From the NCBI GenBank assembly GCA_964018905.1, contig CAXHRO010000004.1:28950-92949 (forward strand): a stretch of DNA of 64,000 nt. The letters are read 5' to 3'. Made by a program: the position numbers and the translations under genes. The DNA comes from an uncultured Muribaculaceae bacterium. GTDB taxonomy: Bacteria > Bacteroidota > Bacteroidia > Bacteroidales > Muribaculaceae. Below the pieces are notes generated by a model. It searched no databases and had not been told where the DNA came from. It saw only the letters and a program-made list of their open reading frames with translations. Shown piece after piece: positions 17,550-26,257 of this stretch (position 1 is the first letter of the stretch; each line of letters opens with the position of its first letter).

Positions 17550-17639
17550 TTACTTCTTCTTGTGACGATTCTTTCTCAGACGTTTTTTACGCTTGTGAGT
17601 CGCCATCTTGTGGCCTTTTCTTTTCTTTCCGCTTGGCAT
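17550..17639 (-). CDS. 29-aa highly basic micro-protein, possibly a bS22-like small ribosomal protein
   Basis: Not in the ORF track because it is under 60 aa. ATG..TAA translates to MPSGKKRKGHKMATHKRKKRLRKNRHKKK. It sits between hup and rng on the same strand. The composition resembles tiny K/R-rich ribosomal proteins. Confidence 0.55.
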   Translation of the reverse strand: MPSGKKRKGHKMATHKRKKRLRKNRHKKK

Positions 17640-17703
17640 TGTTAGCTGGATTTAAGTTAGTGAATATGGTTGACTATATTGTGTGGTATCTATCTAAGCA
17701 AAA

Positions 17704-17976
17704 TTACTTTACCTCCTCCATGAACACCTTTGCAGGCTTGAAAGCGGGGATCTTGTGCTCGGGGATGATGATAGTGGTATTCTTTGAGATATTGCGTGCA
17801 GTCTTCTCCGAACGAACCTTGATGATGAAGCTACCAAAACCGCGCAGATACACGTTCTCACCGTGTGACAGAGAGTCTTTTACGACTTCCATAAATTTCT
17901 CGACAGTCTCGAGAACAGCGGCTTTCTCAATGCCGGTCGACTTTGCAATTTCGTTTACGATGTCAGCTTTTGTCAT
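17704..17976 (-). CDS. hup: HU family DNA-binding protein
   Basis: 90 aa; MTKADIVNEIAKSTG...LRGFGSF...ARNISKNTTIIIPEHKIPAFKPAK is a canonical HU/IHF fold signature. Confidence 0.9.
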   Translation of the reverse strand: MTKADIVNEIAKSTGIEKAAVLETVEKFMEVVKDSLSHGENVYLRGFGSFIIKVRSEKTARNISKNTTIIIPEHKIPAFKPAKVFMEEVK

Positions 17977-18503
17977 TGTTATAACGAGTTTATGTATTAA
18001 TTAATATAATTTTCGGCACAAACAAGAGACCCCTCATAAAGGGGGCCTCGCTTTTTGCAGTGCAAATATCACACTTTTTTTTCAATTAGCAACAATGATT
18101 ATAGAAGTTTTTTTATTTTTTTTGAGAATAACCCTCAATCAAATACCATTTTAGCGACTCCGACCGCCAATCGACAACCCTCCGGCACCCGGGGTTAATT
18201 AATCGACCGCGACCGCCGCCACATCATCCCTTACGACACCAACCGATGCAAGGAGGAACAAGATCACGTTGCAAGAGCCAATCTATTTGCAATTCATCAC
18301 CACCTAAGTGCGACAGCCTGTCCTCAGAATAAATACATATTTTAGACCACGTCACCCAATAAATCCTGAGATGAAGAATGAAATACACCCAAGGTTTTCA
18401 AGTAGTTAGGCATTCTTTTCTTTTGAAGTATCCATAGTTTAATCTTTTTAAAGTTACACTTGCCTTAGAGTTGTCAACAAAAAAATTCAAAAAAAATTTG
18501 CAC

Positions 18504-18519
18504 AACTAAAAAATTAGTT
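18504..18519 (+). promoter_or_regulatory. Candidate BlaI-type operator (inverted repeat AACTAA-N4-TTAGTT)
   Basis: Perfect 6-bp arms, 34 nt upstream of the blaI-like ATG and immediately 5' of a CACCTTTG near-match to the -7 box. Confidence 0.35.
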
Positions 18520-18552
18520 ACACCTTTGCATCGTAAAACTATTTTATTAGTT

Positions 18553-18933
18553 ATGGCAAAGAAAGGACGAAAGAAATCAGATCTCACACCTCGCGAGGAA
18601 GAAGTAATGCAAATGCTCTGGGACAATGGCCCGCAATTTGTACGTCAGCTCGTAGAACGATATCCCGATCCACGGCCTCACTTCAATACAGTCTCGACCG
18701 TGATACGCGGTCTGGAAGAAAAAGGATATGTCACACACGAGCAGATAGGCGGCTCATACCGCTACCGGGCCGTCAAGCCAAAGGAAGAATTCCGCGAGCG
18801 CTCTTTCATGCAACTCGTCAAGGGGTACTTCAACAACAACTATCTTGGTGCTGTATCGGCGCTTGTGGAGGAAGAAAAAGTGACCGTAGACGAGCTCAAG
18901 GAACTGATCGCCATGATTGAGAAAAACAAATAG
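18553..18933 (+). CDS. BlaI/MecI/CopY family transcriptional repressor
   Basis: Winged-helix N-terminus LTPREEEVMQMLWDNGPQFVRQL. About 126 aa. Followed 3 nt later by an M56 BlaR1-like gene. ATG at 18553 preferred. Confidence 0.85.
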   Translation: MAKKGRKKSDLTPREEEVMQMLWDNGPQFVRQLVERYPDPRPHFNTVSTVIRGLEEKGYVTHEQIGGSYRYRAVKPKEEFRERSFMQLVKGYFNNNYLGAVSALVEEEKVTVDELKELIAMIEKNK

Positions 18934-18936
18934 ACT

Positions 18937-20505
18937 ATGGGAACCTGGATCAGCTACACACTCACATCGGGCATCATTCTACTATGCCTTCACCTGGCCT
19001 ACAGCTGGGCTATGGCCGGTGACAACCAGCCTCGTTTCAACCGCGCCATACTGCTGGGATGCTACATACTGGCCGCCATACTGCCACTGATCGGCTTCCA
19101 ATTGAACGCACCAACCGGCACAGATACCGGCACAGCCGAGATCGGACAGCCGATGATCGCCGGGGTACTTACCGTCAGCGAGGAATCGACATCCGGCCTG
19201 TGGCCATGGATACTTGCCGGCTTATACCTGGCCGGAGCACTTGCCGTAACGACAATGACCGTCATTGCACTTTTAAGACTGCACCGCATTGTATCCAAAG
19301 CCGAGAAAATACCCTATCGACGCTACACGATTGCAATAGTCAACGACAGGTCGATCGCCCCGTTCAGCTGGCGCCGCTATATCGTAATGAACCGCGATGA
19401 CTACACCCTATACCGAGAACTCATTCTTACTCACGAGACAGCCCACCTTGAACGGTATCACCGTCTCGACCTGATGGTTGCACGGTTTTTCGAGATCATA
19501 ATGTGGTATAATCCGGCCGCATGGCTCATGACATCATCACTACGCGCTGTCCATGAGTACGAAGCCGACCGCGCCGTCATAGGCAACATCAACAATCCCG
19601 GCGACTACCAGATGCTTCTAATTAAAAAGGCTGTGGGCCGAAGTTTTCCAGTCCTCGCCAACAGCCTTAATCATAGTAATCTTAAAAAACGTATCACCAT
19701 GATGCTAAATCCAACTTCACGCAAGTCGCGCCGCATGCGCGCCCTCGCTCTCGCTCCGGCAGCAGCCATAGCCCTGCTCAGTGTCAACCTCCCGTTCATG
19801 GCCCGCGCCATTGACTCGGTAGCCGCCATCGACCTGTCGGTCGACAGCAAAGATACCGAAAAGGCTCCGATTACACAAATCGCCATCGTCAATACATCGG
19901 GCAGCGAGGACACAACGAACGGCAACGCCACAGCTAATGTTGCAGTAACAATCAACGGCAAGACGGTCGAGAACATCAAGTACATTGTCAACGGCAAGCC
20001 CGTCGAAGACATAAACACAATATCCTCCGATTCGATCAAGCAGATAAATGTATTCAAAGACCGCAATGAGGTTCACGTCGAGACATACCGTCCGGGAGAA
20101 GCGAAAGCCGCAAACAGCACAAGCGGAGAAATCAAGGTCATCAAGGCCGCATCAATCAAAAAGGATGACGACCAAAAGGTATTCTCAAGCGTCGAGGAGA
20201 TGCCTCAGTTTCCAGGCGGTGACGCCGCGCTGATGCAATTCCTGCGCGACAACATCAAATTTCCTGAGAGCGAACTCGAAAACAAAGGCCGGCACATGGT
20301 TGTAGTACAGTTTGTCATCGGCCAGGACGGATCAGTACGCGATGCCAAGATAATAAAAGGCGACGCCGATGCATTCAACACCGAGGCCTTACGTGTAGTG
20401 AACAGCCTGCCCCAATACACTCCGGGCAAACTCAATGGCAAGCCGGTATCGGTCTACTACACCCTGCCGGTCGCTTTCAGCACCAAAGAAACCAAGAAAG
20501 AATAA
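18937..20505 (+). CDS. M56 (BlaR1-like) peptidase fused to a TonB C-terminal domain
   Basis: N-terminal TM helices, HExxH motif THETAHLERYH, downstream EYEAD. The C-terminal TonB_C signature is MPQFPGGDAALMQFLRDNIKFP...GKPVSVYYTLPVAF. Confidence 0.85.
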   Translation: MGTWISYTLTSGIILLCLHLAYSWAMAGDNQPRFNRAILLGCYILAAILPLIGFQLNAPTGTDTGTAEIGQPMIAGVLTVSEESTSGLWPWILAGLYLAGALAVTTMTVIALLRLHRIVSKAEKIPYRRYTIAIVNDRSIAPFSWRRYIVMNRDDYTLYRELILTHETAHLERYHRLDLMVARFFEIIMWYNPAAWLMTSSLRAVHEYEADRAVIGNINNPGDYQMLLIKKAVGRSFPVLANSLNHSNLKKRITMMLNPTSRKSRRMRALALAPAAAIALLSVNLPFMARAIDSVAAIDLSVDSKDTEKAPITQIAIVNTSGSEDTTNGNATANVAVTINGKTVENIKYIVNGKPVEDINTISSDSIKQINVFKDRNEVHVETYRPGEAKAANSTSGEIKVIKAASIKKDDDQKVFSSVEEMPQFPGGDAALMQFLRDNIKFPESELENKGRHMVVVQFVIGQDGSVRDAKIIKGDADAFNTEALRVVNSLPQYTPGKLNGKPVSVYYTLPVAFSTKETKKE

Positions 20506-20607
20506 TTTTCATTAAATTAACATAATTTAACCAATAGGGGGGGGTAATTTTAAGCAAATGCTTACCTTTACCACGGTTATTTAACCCAAACTTTTAATTA
20601 GACGAAC

Positions 20608-20639
20608 GAAGAGCGCAGCTTGGGAAAGCCGCGCTCTTC
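20608..20639 (+). terminator. Rho-independent terminator after the blaR1-like gene
   Basis: 9-bp perfect stem GAAGAGCGC / GCGCTCTTC followed by ATTTTCAT. Confidence 0.6.
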
Positions 20640-20712
20640 ATTTTCATCCCGCCACAACCCTGCATCCAAGAAAAACGACCTCAAATCTGGCTGCTACTTA
20701 TCACTTTTTTTA

Positions 20713-20720
20713 TACTTTTG
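20713..20720 (+). promoter_or_regulatory. -7 promoter box TACTTTTG
   Basis: Exact TAnnTTTG match 34 nt upstream of the ugd ATG at 20754. Confidence 0.45.
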
Positions 20721-20753
20721 TACCTTGAATCATTAACCCTGCACATATATACA

Positions 20754-22061
20754 ATGAACATAGCTGTCGTCGGAACCGGATACGTCGGACTCGTCTCAGG
20801 CACCTGCTTTGCCGAGATGGGCAACAATGTCACATGCGTGGACATCGACACCGAGAAAATCAATCGGCTCAACCAGGGCATCATACCCATCTACGAGCCG
20901 GGTCTCACCGAGATGGTGACAAGAAACGTCGAGGCCGGACGGCTTTCATTCGTCACAGACCTCGCCGATATCATAGACAATGTCGAGGTGGTATTCTCGG
21001 CCGTAGGCACCCCACCCGATGAAGACGGTTCGGCCGACCTTTCATATGTTCTTGATGTGGCACGGACATTCGGCCGAAGCATCAACGACTACAAGCTGCT
21101 TGTCACCAAGTCGACAGTACCTGTGGGTACAGCCGCCAAGGTCAAAGCCACCGTGGAAGCCGAACTGCGTGACCGAGGGGTCGAAATCCCGTTTGACATC
21201 GCCGCCAATCCCGAGTTTCTCAAAGAAGGAGCCGCGATCAAGGATTTCATGTCGCCCGACCGTGTAGTGGTAGGTGTCGACACGGAGCGCGCACGCCGTG
21301 TGATGGCCCGACTGTACAAACCGTTCTTCATGGTCAGTGACCGTATGATATTCACCGACATACCATCGGCCGAGATGATCAAATACGCCGCCAACTCCAT
21401 GCTTGCCACCCGCATATCATTCATGAATGATATAGCCAACCTGTGTGAGCTCACGGGAGCCGATGTCAACATGGTACGCAAAGGCATAGGGGCTGACACA
21501 CGCATCGGCTCCAAATTCCTTTATCCCGGATGCGGATACGGCGGATCATGCTTTCCCAAGGATGTCAAGGCCCTCATAAACACAGCCCGCCAGGCCGGAT
21601 ACACCATGCGCGTACTCGAAGCCGTCGAGGCCGTCAACGAGTCTCAGAAACTTGTACTGTTCAATAAACTCACCAACAGGCTCGGTTCGCTGCACGGACT
21701 CAACATCGCCATCTGGGGACTCGCCTTCAAGCCCGAGACCGATGATATGCGCCAGGCCACCTCGCTCGTACTCATCGACCGACTTCTTGACGCCGGTGCC
21801 AATGTACGTGTATACGATCCCATAGCCATGGACGAGTGCCGACGACGACTGGGCGACATCGTCAACTACGGTACCGACATGTATGACACCGTGATCGATG
21901 CCGACGCACTGTTGCTCGTCACCGAATGGAAGCAATTCAGAAGCCCATCGTTCCCGGTACTGAAACGAAGCATGCGCCAGCCCATAATCATTGATGGCCG
22001 CAACATATATGATCCGGCCTATCTCGCCGAGCAAGGCTTTGAGTATCACAAGATCGGATGA
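20754..22061 (+). CDS. ugd: UDP-glucose 6-dehydrogenase
   Basis: N-terminal Rossmann MNIAVVGTGYVGLV and the catalytic Cys region GYGGSCFPKD. ATG at 20754 is preferred over the upstream alternative start. Confidence 0.9.
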   Translation: MNIAVVGTGYVGLVSGTCFAEMGNNVTCVDIDTEKINRLNQGIIPIYEPGLTEMVTRNVEAGRLSFVTDLADIIDNVEVVFSAVGTPPDEDGSADLSYVLDVARTFGRSINDYKLLVTKSTVPVGTAAKVKATVEAELRDRGVEIPFDIAANPEFLKEGAAIKDFMSPDRVVVGVDTERARRVMARLYKPFFMVSDRMIFTDIPSAEMIKYAANSMLATRISFMNDIANLCELTGADVNMVRKGIGADTRIGSKFLYPGCGYGGSCFPKDVKALINTARQAGYTMRVLEAVEAVNESQKLVLFNKLTNRLGSLHGLNIAIWGLAFKPETDDMRQATSLVLIDRLLDAGANVRVYDPIAMDECRRRLGDIVNYGTDMYDTVIDADALLLVTEWKQFRSPSFPVLKRSMRQPIIIDGRNIYDPAYLAEQGFEYHKIG

Positions 22062-22136
22062 ACAACAGGACACCCTCCCAAAAAAAAGCGTTCAAAAAAT
22101 TCAGCCAAAATATTTGCACATCTCAACCCAAAGCCG

Positions 22137-22144
22137 TACCTTTG
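22137..22144 (+). promoter_or_regulatory. -7 promoter box TACCTTTG for tRNA-Ser
   Basis: Exact TAnnTTTG, 28 nt upstream of the tRNA 5' end. A TTTG lies about 21 nt further upstream. Confidence 0.5.
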
Positions 22145-22171
22145 TCCCCAGCTAAATCAAACCGCTATCAA

Positions 22172-22258
22172 GGAAAGATGCCGGAGCGGTCGATCGGGAC
22201 GGTCTCGAAAACCGTTGTACCCTTACGGGTACCCAGGGTTCGAATCCCTGTCTTTCCG
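22172..22258 (+). tRNA. tRNA-Ser (anticodon CGA)
   Basis: Manual fold: acceptor GGAAAGA/TCTTTCC, anticodon stem ACGGT/ACCGT with loop CTCGAAA, long variable arm GTACCC-TTAC-GGGTAC, T arm CAGGG-TTCGAAT-CCCTG. 87 nt. Confidence 0.9.
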
Positions 22259-22325
22259 CAACATAATCGGACGAAAATCAGTCCGGAAGCGACTTATCGA
22301 TGAAGCATCGCTTTCTAACGCAAAG

Positions 22326-22357
22326 AAACCGCAGACGACCAAACACTCTGCGGTTTT
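22326..22357 (+). terminator. Terminator after tRNA-Ser
   Basis: 10-bp perfect stem AAACCGCAGA / TCTGCGGTTT running into TTTTAT. Confidence 0.65.
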
Positions 22358-22503
22358 ATCGTATCTAATCCACTCTATTCATGGCTCAGAATGTCAGAGA
22401 TTCAACTTTGTTGTCCGGATCCAAGAAAAGTGGTCAAGCCAATAGAAGCCGTTTTCAAAACATGAAAAAATAATAAAATTTTCATTATACCGAAAAGATT
22501 TTG

Positions 22504-22511
22504 TACCTTTG
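22504..22511 (+). promoter_or_regulatory. -7 promoter box TACCTTTG for tRNA-Arg
   Basis: Same GTACCTTTG core as the tRNA-Ser promoter, 48 nt upstream of the tRNA 5' end. Confidence 0.5.
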
Positions 22512-22558
22512 CAGAGCAATCCGGACAGGTAGACTTGAACCGGGAATTACATCAGGAA

Positions 22559-22630
22559 GCCTCCGTAGTTCAATGGATAGAATATTGGATTCCGGTTCCA
22601 ACGATTGGGGTTCGACTCCCCACGGGGGTA
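22559..22630 (+). tRNA. tRNA-Arg (anticodon CCG)
   Basis: Manual fold: acceptor GCCTCCG/CGGGGGT (two G-U pairs), anticodon stem TTGGA/TCCAA with loop TTCCGGT, T arm TGGGG-TTCGACT-CCCCA. 72 nt without CCA. Confidence 0.8.
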
Positions 22631-22638
22631 CAAGACTA

Positions 22639-22674
22639 AATCGCAACTACTAAGGAAACAACGTAGTTGCGATT
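22639..22674 (+). terminator. Terminator after tRNA-Arg
   Basis: 12-bp perfect stem AATCGCAACTAC / GTAGTTGCGATT followed by CCATTT. Confidence 0.6.
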
Positions 22675-22865
22675 CCATTTACAATTATGGTTACCGTCGG
22701 CCTACCGTTTGATGATTAAAATTGTCCCCCCCCCAAAAAAACAGCCGACATTCTTTTGCTCTCGGACGTTCCCTTTGCACCACACGACAACACGTCCTGC
22801 ACTCTTATTACCGACACACTGCAATTATGTTGATGACGGCTATATTTCCCGGCCGACTTCAGAAC

Positions 22866-23312
22866 CTATTTAGGGAACGGCGGCAGATCGTCAAGAAAAC
22901 GATGTGATCCTGTTACATGATCGATCTCACAGCAATATGTCTGCATACCGTTGGAAACTGTAAGATACGGTGCCTTAAGCACTATATTGTAGCGCAGGAT
23001 CTGCTCAAAAACACTTTGCGTGACCGGTATTGATGCAGCCTTGTATTCCACTATCATCCATGGGTTGCCGCAACGGTCGTAGATTACCGTATCACACCGC
23101 CGGGCCGTATCATTAAGCACAACCGAGACTTCGTTTCCCATCAATCCCACAGGATACCCTTTGCAGGCTACGAGAAAATGGACAAAGTGTTGTCTCACCC
23201 ACTCCTCGGGGGTCAATGTAACAAGACGACGTCTCAAAGGATCGAGCACCTTACGTGCACTACCATGAGCGACGATATGTAACGGAGCCGGTGGCAGGTT
23301 CAACCTCTGCAT
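22866..23312 (-). CDS. Type I restriction enzyme HsdR N-terminal domain-containing protein (stand-alone PD-(D/E)xK-like)
   Basis: LTPEEWVRQHFVHFL...RCDTVIYDRCGNPWMIVEYKA matches the HsdR_N family pattern. 148 aa. No hsdM or hsdS nearby. Confidence 0.65.
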   Translation of the reverse strand: MQRLNLPPAPLHIVAHGSARKVLDPLRRRLVTLTPEEWVRQHFVHFLVACKGYPVGLMGNEVSVVLNDTARRCDTVIYDRCGNPWMIVEYKAASIPVTQSVFEQILRYNIVLKAPYLTVSNGMQTYCCEIDHVTGSHRFLDDLPPFPK

Positions 23313-23597
23313 TTTGACAAAAACTTTTCTCGGTTTTAAAATTAATTTGTAAATTTACAAAAAAAACAGGAATAACAAGATTGTCAAACGGTCTAAACAA
23401 ATTTATAAAGCCCGGTCTCGAAACGGTTTGATATATCTCATTGAAACTTTCGCTTGAAAGAATTCAAGGCCTTTCTGTTTACTATTGCGTGATAACCAAT
23501 TATATAACCTCCATGCCAGTTCAAGACAAATAATACCGTCGCCCCGGCCTATCCGACGCTAACATTTACTATTGAACGGCACTTAACAAACACTGCT

Positions 23598-24629
23598 ATG
23601 GCCAGCGAAACGACATCGTTTGCATCACTCAAGACCCAACTCACCAAGGGTACTCCGGCTCCGGTATACCTGTTGCACGGAGAGGAAGGCTATTTCATAG
23701 ACGAGATCCTTAAATATGCCGAGCGTATTATTCCGGAGGCCGACCGCGACTTTGATCTATATACGCTCTACGCCCCACAGATCACACCCGACGATGTACT
23801 CACCACATGCCGCAGATACCCAATGATGTCGCCTCGCCAGGTTGTAATAGTCAAAGAGGCGCAGGCTCAGAAATCAACATTCGTCAAGGCCCTTAAGGAC
23901 TACTTCGCCTCACCGTCACAGTCGACCATACTTTTCATAGCCTACCGCGGAGAGACATTCAAAGGCACCGACATACTCAACGCCATCAAGAAAGGGGGCG
24001 GAGTGGCTTTCGAGTCAAAGAAGTTACGCGAAGGCGCGCTGTCAACAGCCATACAGGAACACCTCAAGAGCAACGGGCTCTCGGTCGATCCTAAGGCTCT
24101 GTCAATGCTTACCGACTTTGTAGGCACCGACCTGTCACGTATCTACAACGAGGTCAACAAACTCACCGTCACACTGGGCGCAGGCGCGATGGTAACGCCC
24201 GAGGCCGTTGAACGCAACATAGGCATCAGTAAAGACTACAACAACTTTGAACTGGTGGCCGCCATTGCCTCGCGCGATATCGCCAAAGCCATGACCATAG
24301 TCGACTACTTCAAGCACAATCCCAAAAAATTTCCGCCCCAACCGCTCACACCTATCATCTTCAACCTGTTCTCCAATATACTCATCGCACAATATGCCGA
24401 CGACAAGAGCGAGCGGGGCCTTATGGGCGCCCTTGGATTCAAATGGCCTATGCAACTGAAAGATGTAAATGCCGGCCTCCGCAACTACCGCCCGGCACAG
24501 GTAGTGGAAATCCTGTCAGCCCTGCGCGAATACGACGGTTTCAGCAAAGGAAACGGAAGCCGAATGAACCCGCATGATCTGCTTCAGGATCTCGTATTCA
24601 GGATACTTACCACCCCAGGGCGCCTGTGA
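23598..24629 (+). CDS. holA: DNA polymerase III subunit delta
   Basis: 343 aa. The N-terminus APVYLLHGEEGYFIDE and the overall helical C-terminal domains are typical of HolA. Confidence 0.8.
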   Translation: MASETTSFASLKTQLTKGTPAPVYLLHGEEGYFIDEILKYAERIIPEADRDFDLYTLYAPQITPDDVLTTCRRYPMMSPRQVVIVKEAQAQKSTFVKALKDYFASPSQSTILFIAYRGETFKGTDILNAIKKGGGVAFESKKLREGALSTAIQEHLKSNGLSVDPKALSMLTDFVGTDLSRIYNEVNKLTVTLGAGAMVTPEAVERNIGISKDYNNFELVAAIASRDIAKAMTIVDYFKHNPKKFPPQPLTPIIFNLFSNILIAQYADDKSERGLMGALGFKWPMQLKDVNAGLRNYRPAQVVEILSALREYDGFSKGNGSRMNPHDLLQDLVFRILTTPGRL

Positions 24630-24669
24630 TAATTCCCGTCAGCCACACATCATATAGAAAAAAACACAT

Positions 24670-24699
24670 CCCCGGAGAGAGCCGATTATCTCTCCGGGG
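24670..24699. terminator. Bidirectional terminator between convergent holA and 24752-25306
   Basis: 11-bp perfect stem CCCCGGAGAGA / TCTCTCCGGGG. The flanks are A-rich upstream and T-rich downstream. Confidence 0.7.
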
Positions 24700-24751
24700 A
24701 ATATTGTTTGTATCCCGTTATATTCTTTCGATTGCCTATATACCGAGATGA

Positions 24752-25306
24752 TCAGTCATCGAGACTCATCTCATCAAATCCCTCAAACTCATCATCGTTA
24801 TAGCCGTCCGATCCATAGAATTCCTCATCCAGGTCATCGGCGGCCGCTACTGCCGCGGCCGCGGCCTTGGCATCACTGATGGCATCAAACTCCTCCATAT
24901 CGACGCTTTGAGCCGGAGCTGTACCACGTGAAAGCGTGCACAGCGGATCCTTGAGACTCTTGCCGGTGACCATCTCCTTCATTTCGATAAAGAACGAACG
25001 ATCGGTCATATAATCGAACGTAAAGACAAGCCTTTGTCCCTCATCCTCGATAAAATCGCTCAACACACTCTCATCCATCAGATATACATCCTGGTCGCTG
25101 TCCGACCCCATGTCTTCAAGAGTGATTTCACGCTCCTTCTCCCAGTTATTGTCACACATAAAGAACGAGCACATCTGGTTTTTGTCATAACCGACACTCT
25201 CACATATGATGTTCTTCAAGTCAAGGAACGTCATATCGGCGTCTATCTGAATCTCACGTCTGAAGTTATCCACCTCATCCGAAACAATGCGAAAATTGAA
25301 TATCAT
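24752..25306 (-). CDS. Hypothetical protein, pRiA4b ORF-3-like N-terminal domain with acidic tail (tentative)
   Basis: MIFNFRIVSDEVDNFRREIQIDADMTFLDLKNIICESVGYD resembles the PRiA4_ORF3 fold family. The C-terminus is extremely acidic (DDLDEEFYGSDGYNDDEFEGFDEMSLDD). Confidence 0.4.
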   Translation of the reverse strand: MIFNFRIVSDEVDNFRREIQIDADMTFLDLKNIICESVGYDKNQMCSFFMCDNNWEKEREITLEDMGSDSDQDVYLMDESVLSDFIEDEGQRLVFTFDYMTDRSFFIEMKEMVTGKSLKDPLCTLSRGTAPAQSVDMEEFDAISDAKAAAAAVAAADDLDEEFYGSDGYNDDEFEGFDEMSLDD

Positions 25307-25553
25307 AATTTTAGTTTTCTTTTTATTAAGTAAGTGCGAATATAAATCAAAAATCCCGTTTATGACACATATCAGTCACTTTTTTTTCAAAAAAATCTCC
25401 CTATATAACACACGAACGGCCACCCTCACATGTAAGGCAGCCGTCCGGCTATATATTTAATAGATAAAGGTAACGTGTGCTTTTCAGAGTATTACTTATA
25501 TGAATCCTGTAATTTTCAGACTATTATAATCTATGAGTCTTTAAAACCGTGGC

Positions 25554-26057
25554 TCATTTATAGTCGGCAAGCATCACCTGCAACTTCTGGCGGGCAAAAA
25601 ATATACGACTTTTAACCGTACCCAACGGAAGCCCCATTTTCTCGGCGATCTCATTATACTTATATCCTGCGACATGCATTGAAAACGGAATGCGGTAGTC
25701 GTCGCTGAATGTATTGATCGCCGCGGTGATTTCTTGCGCGGCCATCGAGCCCTCTGGGGTTTCAAGCCCTGAGTCCTGGGGCAGGCTGAGATGATAGAGA
25801 TCTTCGGTCTGATCAATAATTGTAGCCGAGCGCACCACCTTGCGGTAGTTGTTGATAAAGATATTACGCATAATGGTGAACACCCACCCTTTGAAGTTCA
25901 CATTGTCAACATACTTCTCCTCGTTGTCAAGAGCCTTAAGGGTGGTATCCTGTAATAGATCATAGGCGTCATCGCGGTTGCTGGTCAACAGATAGGCGAA
26001 GTTCAACAGGTTGCTCTGCAGATCGAGAAGCTTGGTTTGAAAATTTTTAGAACTCAT
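25554..26057 (-). CDS. RNA polymerase sigma-70 family (ECF-type) sigma factor
   Basis: Region 2 (DAYDLLQDTTLKAL...FKGWVFTIMRNIFINNYRK) and region 4 HTH (YKYNEIAEKMGLPLGTVKSRIFFARQKL). No adjacent anti-sigma gene. Confidence 0.85.
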   Translation of the reverse strand: MSSKNFQTKLLDLQSNLLNFAYLLTSNRDDAYDLLQDTTLKALDNEEKYVDNVNFKGWVFTIMRNIFINNYRKVVRSATIIDQTEDLYHLSLPQDSGLETPEGSMAAQEITAAINTFSDDYRIPFSMHVAGYKYNEIAEKMGLPLGTVKSRIFFARQKLQVMLADYK

Positions 26058-26122
26058 AATTGAAACGTTTTTAAAGTTACTGTTTTTATGCCTTGTATTA
26101 CATTAGTATTACATTCACGTTG

Positions 26123-26130
26123 CAAATATA
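26123..26130 (-). promoter_or_regulatory. -7 promoter box TATATTTG (minus strand) upstream of the sigma factor gene
   Basis: The reverse complement of CAAATATA is TATATTTG, about 65 nt upstream of the ATG at 26057. Confidence 0.4.
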
Positions 26131-26257
26131 CAATATTTCCATAACATGCAAAAATATTTACGTAATTTTTTTGATAATTTTTCGTAATATTTTTGTAACC
26201 AAATCTAACATACTATCTTTCAGGGCAATACAATAATCAGCTTATTACATATTTAAC

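Noticed and set aside
22726-22741. Homopolymer C9 followed by A7 (also G8 at 20537-20544), considered as phase-variation tracts
   Set aside because: Both lie in 3' intergenic DNA, downstream of the HsdR_N-domain gene and of the blaR1-like gene respectively. They are not in a promoter spacer or coding region, so no switchable feature can be assigned. They may be worth checking for length heterogeneity in reads.
22062-22865. tRNA-Ser and tRNA-Arg as an integration hotspot for a mobile element
   Set aside because: There is no integrase, no duplicated tRNA 3' end and no compositional shift next to the tRNAs within the window.
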